64,000 bases of DNA from Lobosporangium transversale (lineage: Eukaryota): positions 372,001 to 436,000 of the forward strand of contig NW_019028980.1 of assembly GCF_002105155.1 (NCBI RefSeq), written 5' to 3'. Positions 54,512 to 64,000 of the stretch are shown one piece after another; the first letter of the stretch is position 1; each line of letters starts with the position of its first letter. The notes beneath the pieces are model-generated. The model ran no database searches, was not told the DNA's origin, and saw nothing but the letters and a program-made list of their open reading frames with translations. The position numbers were made by a program, and so were the translations under genes.

Positions 54512-55224
54512 ATGGCTGAGTACAGTACCCGTCCAGCAAAGGAGACAGATTCTTCGCAAATCAATGACATCGTCAATTATGAGATCAAAGTCTCTGTCAA
54601 CAACTTCAACTATGGTCCACGGTCAGAGGATGCATGTCTTGAATGGTTCAGGAGCACAATTCAAGGCGGATACCCAATTCTTGTTGCAACCACTATCGTC
54701 GAAGACAAGGAGTTGGTTGCAGGATATGCATCTTTAGGAAGCTTCAGACAAAAGGATGGATATCGTTTGTGCGTCAAAAACCGAAGTTAAGCAAAAATGA
54801 GATTTTTTTATTTTATGAATGAAAACTAAGAGTTATTACCATTACTATCTTTTATCTTGTAGCACCGCAGAATACTCATTGTATATCCATCATGAGCATC
54901 GAAAACGCGGCCTTGGACGAATGTTACTGAGAGAACTTTTGGCAGAAGCAAAGAGGCGTAACTTCCATGCAATCATTGGTAAGTAGAGAGCACACTATCC
55001 TTAATCAGTATCACATCAAGCAAGCAACATAATGATGTTGCTTACTCTATACTTGCAAATTCCTGCGCAACTTATTTGTTCATATAGGAAGCATCAGTGA
55101 AGGCAATGAAGCAAGTCTACGCCTGGCTGCCGAGTTCGGATTCAGAGTAGTTGGAACCATGAAGGAGAACGGATACAAGTTCGATCGATGGATCGATAAT
55201 ACATTTATTGAGCTACTTCTGTAA
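54512..55224 (+). CDS. GNAT acetyltransferase, phosphinothricin/methionine-sulfoximine acetyltransferase (Pat/YncA) type
   Basis: GYASLGSFR..GYR|FTAEYSLYIH..HRKRGLGR, N.AS..L..FGF..VG and GYKFDRWID. Two introns. Confidence 0.87.
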
Positions 55225-55757
55225 ATGATCTTCAGCTTGCTCAGTGATCAACATTTGAATAGTATAGCTATAACAAATGGCCCACCTCTTAAATTTTTCC
55301 ACTGTAGAATCTTACCCTACTTGCCAGTTCAGATCCACTTAGACTTGTCAAAGTTGATCACTTTTCTCATCTTTTGTACCATCATCATCTCTTTTTCCTA
55401 GGTCGAAGACGATATCAAGTTGGAGACAAAAAATAAATAAAAATTTGCAAATATCATTCAAGTCAACTATTAGTGCACGCCATTTTGTTGTTGTTGTTTC
55501 TGGTTTTGGTTTTTAAAGGTTGGTTTTATTGGATGTAAACTGGTGCCTCAAAAGACTGATTAAAAAAGATGGAAAGGATAAGAACTGCTCCAGCTGAAAG
55601 AAACCGAAAAATGGGGCCGCGTTTCCTCCAGCAACGGCCAGGCCAAATAACTCTTCTGCTTACAAAAATTTTCAGCCGTCTTTGAAACAAAATGACTCGT
55701 CTCCTCCTTCTTCTTCCTCTCAGGCTATCCAAGGACCGCGCTTATAGCTGCTGACGT

Positions 55758-55835
55758 TTACTTGGAGCGAGCTCTCATTTTTCTTCTTTTGCGCTTGAGG
55801 CGGCGAACGCGCTTCTTCTTCCACTTATCTCTCAT
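55758..55835 (-). CDS. RPL41: 60S ribosomal protein eL41
   Basis: MRDKWKKKRVRRLKRKRRKMRARSK* (25 aa), below the ORF-track length cutoff. Confidence 0.96.
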   Translation of the reverse strand: MRDKWKKKRVRRLKRKRRKMRARSK

Positions 55836-56020
55836 CTATACGGTTTGTATTAAAATACATATTATTCGTCGTTAGCAGACATAGTTAGATGATGGTGCGC
55901 AGAACAGAAGCTGACATTTTTAAAAAAGGCTCCGGAAACATAACAAGTGAAAGTAAGAAAAAGGGTATTGAGCCGATAACCACTGCTGAAAGGCTGAAGA
56001 ACTCGGGTTAAACACCAGAG

Positions 56021-56051
<31 letters not shown>

Positions 56052-57669
56052 TTTTTCATTATTGTCATTATTATTCATGGGACGATATTTAATTCAATCT
56101 TCAGTACACGAAAGCAGTATGTTGAGTAATGTCGGTAGTATTGACTGACAGACGGATTGCTAACGTTCAGTTGAATGGATGGATGGATAGATGAACGGAT
56201 GGATGGATAGAAACGAAAAATTTCTAAAACCTGATATAATAGTACTGTTTAGGGGTACCTTGAATAAATCTTGGAAAGGAGGGAGAGAAAAACAGTAAAC
56301 CAGAACAACAAGGGAAATTTAAGCGATTGTCTTGTGGCTTGTCATTACATTTGCATATCTCAGCAAAGGCAATTATCCATCTTGTAGGGATTCAAGAGGC
56401 CGAAAAAGAGCTTTATTTTTATATAGTTCCATGGTAATATTAAATCAAGGAAAAATTCATACAAAAAAATGTCTCGATGCTCAAGAAAAAGATCATCTAA
56501 ATGCTTCTTTCGGTACGCAGTCTCCACTTGCTTGGTTATTGTTTTTGTACTAGAATTGTGGGTTTCTTTCTTGCTCTTCAAGTGACTCCATGATTCTCAA
56601 TAATTTAAAGGCTGACGCGCCGCATACGTGCGGCATAGGAGGGGAATAAAAAGGGAGAAGCCATCGTGTAGGAAGGGTTATTTCTTTGCAGCCTGTGGTC
56701 CTCCTGCCGCCTTTAGGGCCTCCTTAGCAGCTTGTTTTGCTCGCATAATCTCGGCATCACTACAAATGACATTCCAGAATATATTGACGAAACAGAGCTT
56801 CTAGTCGACTATTCTAACCGTAATTCTATAGCATATCTTTCTTTCAACTTTGAGCAAGTTATGATGCTGTTTATAAACATGAGAAACTTACGACTCTGCA
56901 CGCTTAGCATAGGAGACGCCAGTAGAGTTTTTGCTCTTGTTTTGCTGTGCTGCCTTCTTCTGTGCCTTAGCACGGTCCATTTCACGCTGATTGCCACCTA
57001 ATGGGTTGAGTAGCACATGTCAAAAGTCTCTCAGAATGTTTGTTAATCTGTACTGTAGGCTTCATCCAAATTTAATAGAGCGAGATGAACCAGTCCTGAC
57101 TTTCTCGTATTGAAAAAAAAGCAATTGGACAAGGGAAATTTAGGGACACCTACGAGTCATTTTTTCGGGTTTGAAATATGGATTGATGAATGTTTGAACG
57201 TTATGATGGGTGTTAAAGATGTGGAATACGGGAGAGGGGAGAGAAGGAAAAGGATGGGTGTATTTTTATTTTGAAACTTCTAGAACGAAGGATTGATTAT
57301 GGAGAGCAGCTGGCACAGCTGAGATTGATATCCCACTTTCTTTGTATACAAATACCATCGCTGGAGGATCATATCACGTGTAACAATCTTTATGAACTTT
57401 GTCTTGCTTTCACATTCAATTCATTTCTTTCTTCACTCAACAATTAGCACTTGCTGCTGCATATACCGTTACTCAAGAGCTGCAACTAATATTAAGGAAG
57501 AGCGAGAAAAGAAAAGCAAAATTCTCTGGATACATTGCCCGCCTTTCCCCTACACATTCAAAAAGACAATTATATTTACACACATTGTTTGCTCATTGGA
57601 CTATTTTTGAATTGTTCATTCTACACTGCATTCTCAACCTTATTAATACTTTCTCGACGTACATTCATC

Positions 57670-59231
57670 ATGTCAGAGTGGATGGTCACCACGTCAAGTG
57701 CAGTTGTTCTGGACGAGGCGATTCTGCAGCTCTGGTTGCTCGGACACAGTGGTAGATACAAACCGACAAAACAATTCATTATGTTCGTTTTTTTATTACA
57801 GTGATCTGTCATGGTTATTCATTTGTTTCCTCCATGTTTCAGTTGAACAAGCAACGACTCAACGAATGCCTGCTATTCAGCCGCCTGTGCCCTTGCGCGT
57901 GCTCAAGAGCTATATCACATCTCAATACAGGACCTATGAAATGATGCACCATTATCTACACCACCCTCGGCACTTTGCAGGGCAATTCATGTTCCCTCTG
58001 TCTCACAGCGCAAAACAACATCTCATTGAAAAGTAATATACAAACATATTCTTTTTTTTTTTTTTTTTTTTTTTTGAGTCTTAAAACAAAGAAAATCACT
58101 CCTGACCTTTTATACTCAACATCAGTTCTACCACTATCTGCAACAATTTCTCATACCTTTTAGGTATTACAGCTTTGATGAGTCTGTTATTAGGGAAATT
58201 CTTGGCAAGAAGCTCAACTCGAGGACCAGGAAGGATTTGGATGAAGTGCACGAGAAGACAGGGGTGAAGATTATTAGCTGTCGTAGACAGGTACATATAA
58301 ATATGGCTCATGATTCAGGTCCTATTTAGAGTATATAGAATCCTCTTATGCTAATATGTCTGGTGTAAATTCCTCACTTTGATTTTGCCCCATAATATAG
58401 TTTGACAACTTGAAGCGAGTCATGAAAAAAGTTGAGGATGCGGAAGGCAGAACATTGGTTCAGGATATAGAACACCAGTTCTTGTTGCCACATTACCTAG
58501 CTAGGTTGGTCTCTATTCAGGGGAGATACAATGTGGATTGACATGCAGACTCGTCGGTGTACTGGCAGTCCCCCCATTAACATGAAATCCTTTACTTGTA
58601 CATTTTCTGCCAATTAAGACAATACGCTCATATCCTATTTATAGCAAACAACAGGTTGGACACATTCCGGAAACGACTCTCATGTTACCAGTTCTCAGAT
58701 TTTGAATATTGCGGAGCGGTTCTAATGCAGTATTGGACTGCATCCACTATGGACACATTACCAGAGTTTGATCCACAGTTAGCACAAGATGTCCGTGACC
58801 TTAAATCGCTCGTGCTGAACGACCGGGCAGTCATAGATGAACTGCGGAACCGAATCTCGAACAACCTTTCACAATCCGCTCATCCTCCAGTCTTAGAACG
58901 GATACAGAGCAATTTTAAGGTCGTGCTGCGGAATATGTTGTCGATAGGCTGTATGATCAACCAACAAAAGGAAGTTCGGAATATTTTGGGTGAGATTGCA
59001 GACAAGCTAGTCGATGCATTTATGCAAGTCGGGTGGTCCTCAATTGACATGGATGCATTTTATAGTGCTATGGCTGCAGAATTCCAAAATACAGCTAGTT
59101 TGGCAAGTCGTTATCGCGAGCGGTACGGGACAAATTGGATACGACTCATCACAGGGATAAAACTGATTTCTATACGACTTTTTAAGCAACCTACATCGCA
59201 GTCGATATTGGCGCGTAGTTTTACTAGATAA
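57670..59231 (+). CDS. FIBP: FGF1 intracellular-binding protein homolog
   Basis: LWLLGHS, YYSFDESVIREILGKKL..RKDLDEV.EKTG..SCRRQFDNLKR and YA.I.FIANNR; multi-exon. Confidence 0.88.
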
Positions 59232-60016
59232 CATCTTCCTGCAGTTTTCGTCCTTCTTTTTTCTTTTTTCTTTTACATATACCGGGTTACAAGGCAAAAG
59301 CAACCTATTCGCGATCTCTTTACAGTGTTATCAAGTTAACACATATATAATACAGTTTCTTTTTATTTACGGTCTGGGTAACAATTGCATAAGTAGAGTA
59401 TTAATAATCAACTTTTGAAGGACAGAACGTAATTCTTGTATATCGATGGGGAAACATGTGTTAACAATTCAATTATGGGTTGTACACTGTGGGTATACGT
59501 TTTTCTATGCAGTAAAATCCAGAAAACCCTTTGAATAAATTTAAATGTACTAAAAAATAAAAAAAGCCAGGATCACAAAGAATATGCAACACGTAACAAG
59601 ATGGTATTTTTATATGCAAACATTAAAAATGTGTAATTGGGTAGGGCTATTGCTCAAAGTTTTGATTTTTGAGTGCACAGAAGGCCCTTGCTTAGTAGAA
59701 ATCAATGCATTCCAGCCTGATGGATGTAGTAGATCTTGTACCCTGCCAATGATATCACATTCACCCATCTCGCTTTTTAAAAATCCGCAGTCTTTTTTTT
59801 TTTTTTCAATGGCAAGGCGTGTTAATGATGAGAGAGTAATTCTTTGAGACACGCTCTAAGAGCTAAGGGTATAAAAAGTATAAAAAGGAAGCAAAGAACA
59901 AGCTACTTCCCTTATTCTTTCGCCATCTCTGACACATACAACATACACACACATACAGAAGTGCCCATCTGCAAAGGCTTTATAGGATCTTTCAGCAATA
60001 TTGACAAAAATTAAAG

Positions 60017-61103
60017 ATGCAGTATACTATCACACGATTATCCTCTGAGGACAAGACCTCATCCGATATCGCCAAGGCTCTTTCGGACAACCGACCAGCA
60101 ACCTATAAGTTGGAACACTATTCTCTCTCTGGTGTAGGTGCGGTCCCCCGCGACCTTCTGGCTTTCGGAGGAGTAGAATGGGAAGATGTGATCGTTACTG
60201 TAAGTTTTTTAATATTCTCATATCCATCGAGAAAATTACTTCTGAAAGTGAAACGTGGGAAAATAAAAGATCTTCAAATGAGAACAATGATATAAAAATG
60301 ACGAAGATGAAATGTACTAAAAGATTGAATTGTTTTGAAAAAAAAAAAAAAAAAAAAAAAAAGAGCTGGCCCCATTCGGTCGAGGCGCCATTTGGAGTCT
60401 TCCCTGTTTTGCATATTCGTACTGCAGACGGTACTGAGTTTAAGATAGCCGAGTCATTCGTGATTGAGCATTTTTTGGCCAAGAAGTTTGGTCTATTGGG
60501 CGATAATGAATGGGAGGAGCTACAAATCAAGATGTTCCATTCATCATCCCTGTATCTGCGAGAGCGATCGCTTACGGGCGTAACTTGGTAAAGAGAAAGT
60601 CCTAGTTAATTTATAAGGATATGGATTTGGATATGGGCGCTCATGATATCTGTTGAAAGAAGGATAATGCGAGAGAAGGGGTAAAGAGGGATAGGAAACT
60701 CATACATTTTCTTTTTTTTTTTCTCTATTATGACGTTGTTTGATGGATTCTTACAAGGAACTACAAAGACAAGGTGGAAGAAGCAACCGAGAGATTTATC
60801 ACAAAGACGTTGCCACTCTGGATTGACACTCATACCAAACACTTGAAGGACAATGGATCGAACGGTCATTATGTTGGGAATAAACTGTCTCTGGCGGATA
60901 TCCAAACGGCCAATGACATTGATCACTTCCAGTTCGTGTACAGAGGCGATGAGATTATTGAGAAGATCAAGAAGAGTGATGAGATCTGGCGTGTCAAAGA
61001 GCGTGTCGACACGGATCCTCGCCTACGAGAGTGGCGTCAGTCTGAGGGATACAAGAATCATATTGCTGCATCCAAATCCATTTATGCCAACACTGGAATT
61101 TGA
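60017..61103 (+). CDS. Glutathione S-transferase (sigma-like)
   Basis: PFGVFPVL, IAES..IE.FLAKKFGLLG, GHYVGNKLSLADI; three introns. Confidence 0.85.
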
Positions 61104-62084
61104 TTGAAAGTAGGGAAAAAAAAAAAAAGACATTTCATTAAATAGAATTTTATTTCATTTCTGGCGTCTGTTTGATGCCTGTTGTTCTTCCATATCTCCC
61201 TCGATTTAATAGCAATTACGGGATTTGATTAGCATCTCCTGAATGGCTGCCACCCTGAGGAACTAGTTTCAAAGTCAGCTGATCCTCAAACCATAAGACA
61301 AACAATGTGTTTCAATAGGATTGTGGTGTGCTTTTGGGATGCAGAAAAGACAGTGTACAATGTACATGTACGTTAAATGTGTGTGATAGGCACGTGCTGA
61401 CCTAGCCATTGCCAGACTTCAAGTCTGTCAACAGGCTCGTCAAGGAAAAGTCCTCATATATGCATCAGTTGGAGCCGAAATTTCCACAACGGCTTCTATC
61501 TACCATTTCAGAAGTCTCCAGCAAGGCTCAGCACTTAAAGACGAGATTTGATAACTATAATTATTCATGAAGATATATAAATAACACTCTTAGAAAGCTG
61601 CCTAGGCTATCTAATTTTAAATGAGTATCAAGCATTTAAGAAAAACATCATTATGCAATGAAAACTTCTTTAAAAGCCCCCAAATCCCCAGAAAGTATTC
61701 AGTTTTTAATAGGACTAAGACGTTAAGGACGATTGTTTTGTCCCTCGATGGCCGACGGTGACTGGCTCCTGGACCAGGACAGGCAAAAAAAAAAAAAAGA
61801 GTCGCTGAAACTTAATTTTCTAGTTATCTTAGCAATACGCCTTTTTTATTCAACGAAGAATATGGAGTAATAACAAACGATCTCTTATTTCACCTTGTAA
61901 ACCATTTTCCTATTCATTCATATTTTATATTTATCTAGATATTACTTACTTACCCTTGCCTCTGGCGTTTATTACTAAGTTTGAGTCCTGGTAGCACTGG
62001 AAGCTGTGCTTCGCATTGCTCAGAGACTTTCTGTAACAGCTTGTACTACCTTGTACCCCCGTGCATTATCATCTAAGATGCTTT

Positions 62085-62540
62085 CTAAACGAGCCATCGC
62101 TGTAAGTGACATCTAATAAGCTGTCTTGCTGCCTGTTCCGTCACAGGCATCCTAGGAACTTCAGGTTCCTCGTGTACTAGTTCCTCTAAAAGAGGCTGTT
62201 CTCTAACTTCCCAATGTTCAGGGTAAAAAAAAAATTGGTATGAGGGAGCTCTAACGTCGCTAATGCGATATGCTTGCAGCACATTTTTGCTCGAAAGAAA
62301 TCAAGACATGTGGATCCATTGAACTGGTTCGCCTTCCAGTTGACTGTCGCCTCATACAATTTGTCTGGGTCAATGAAAAACTTTACACGAAAAACCTTGC
62401 CATTTGTTGTCGGAGACATAAGGACAGCCACAGGGCCCTCTAACTGTTCCTCTCAATATAATCCAAGGCCTTGATTTTGGCCGCCAGTCCTTGCTTCACT
62501 CCAGGCGTCATCCTCCCAACACGAACAGTGTGATGGATGC
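62085..62540 (-). pseudogene. Degenerate MULE-type transposase remnant with SWIM finger
   Basis: STCLDFFRAKMCCKHIAL (SWIM-like) and a VGRMT segment, broken by stops and frameshifts. Confidence 0.5.
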
Positions 62541-63830
62541 ACATATGTTGGTAGTGCGGGATGGCTTTATGGATAAGGATGTATATGACTCGACGCGTCG
62601 TTGCCCCTTGCCCTGGAAAAAATGGCTCTTCAAAGTATTATGCCACGACTAAGTACTTCGTTCTGTCTCTACTTTCTTCGTCTTCACTATCACTATCATC
62701 GATAAATCTGGTTCTTTCTAAACCATTATCAAACTCAGCTAGATAGCACCTCTTGAGGTAATCCAAGTCAGACTCTGGTACTAGGTGCACTGTCGCTGCC
62801 GTCAATAAACATGAAATAAAAAATAAAACCTCACCAGGATCTCTATAATGCCCGAGATCATTCCCTCATCAAGGGCCTCAGATGAAGATGGTAGGTCCTC
62901 TGCAGGAATAATCACTATGAATTGGAGCTGCTGCTTGTAGCAAAGGTGGTAAAAGTACATGCATATAAAGTATTGTTCAAGGAACGCAGAGTGGATAGCG
63001 ACGTGTGGCAGTGTTCAAGTGTTTATACAACTTCATATGAAACCCGAATAGTCGCCTCTGGGGAAATGAAAAAAAAAAAAAAAAACAACGATAACAACTA
63101 TGGTAGGATGGTACGATAGCATTCATACTGTTGCTTACGTTGACAGATGCATTCTGGACGCGTATAGCGCGGAAATGACTCCGTTGAAGTAGAGTCGGTA
63201 CAGTGTCCTACTTATAAAACATTTATATCAAGTCACTCAGAAGCCCTCGGTGCCTGTGTCTACAGTCAAGGTCGAATGTACATCATTTGATCGATGTTTT
63301 GAATGATAAATCATAGAGGAAATGGTCTCCTTAGTAAGTGTAAGGTTTCATAACTTGGTCGGCAAGCATCCGACGAGGGCTACAAACGTACGACATTCGA
63401 GCCTCTGTTTTCTAAATTAACATATGTATGATACTATATCAATATGACTGTTGGAAAGCGCGATCAACAATATGTTCCGTTCAAAAAGGGGTACAACTCT
63501 CAGAGGGCTTGAACATATCACCTGCATTAACCCGCATTAACGGAAGCTACAAGGAATTAATTCCAAAGATTATAGTGATATATATCCTTGACACGCTTCT
63601 CTACCCTTGTTTTAAACGATATATCCATCGCCCAGACTCGAAAAATAAACTTTAGATGTAAGATGGTTAGATGAGCAAAAAGTGTGGCTTTTAAGTTCAA
63701 GTGCGTGGGCACAATCCACCAATCATTTGAAACTGAATGAATTCTTTTCCCACCCACTCGAACGATTGTTGTACCGAGCAACTCTTTTCTTTCTTTCCGC
63801 TCCTACCCCTTCCCCCAGTTTTATCTTAAT

Positions 63831-64000
63831 ATGATTGCCACCACTTCTCAAAAACTGCGCTCCTGGTTCGCATCCATCACTTCACCTTCGGCTACTCACG
63901 CTTCTGGGATGCTCATCCTCGTCGCTATTCTCGCTGCCGTGACTGAGGCTCACGCGGATTCTGTTGCGGCTGGCTCAGAGAGGACCATCTACAGTCATCA
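63831..64000 (+). CDS. 5' end of a possible secreted/membrane protein (runs off window)
   Basis: Open frame MIATTSQKLRSWF..MLILVAILAAVTEAHA.. with a signal-peptide-like hydrophobic core. Confidence 0.4.
   Translation, partial: MIATTSQKLRSWFASITSPSATHASGMLILVAILAAVTEAHADSVAAGSERTIYSH

Overview
Intron-rich fungal genomic DNA with many homopolymer runs. Gene content and style suggest an early-diverging lineage, probably Mortierellaceae (inference). About 17 spliced protein genes can be reconstructed: NDT80-family TF (runs off the left edge), Ras, CHS7, AIFM1-like oxidoreductase, SPF45/RBM17, ALDH3, a small membrane protein, bacterial-type cytidylate kinase, a Rieske-domain protein, PET127, ISA2, DHX35, ARMC8, a Pat/YncA-type GNAT, eL41, FIBP and a GST, plus one 5' fragment at the right edge. 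There is one tRNA-Leu(CAG). The main feature is a 12.4-kb retroelement pile-up starting about 115-135 bp upstream of that tRNA gene. It holds a head-to-tail array of 3-4 same-orientation, 5'-truncated non-LTR retrotransposon copies (RT-RNase H-CCHC), best preserved nearest the tRNA, which suggests repeated tRNA-upstream targeting. A chromodomain Ty3/Gypsy element with identical 170-bp LTRs and an ATTAC TSD is nested in the first copy. It carries an extra antisense ORF and has no tRNA-type primer site. A TA-flanked MITE and a MULE/SWIM remnant are also present. Gene models were spliced by eye and no database searches were run.
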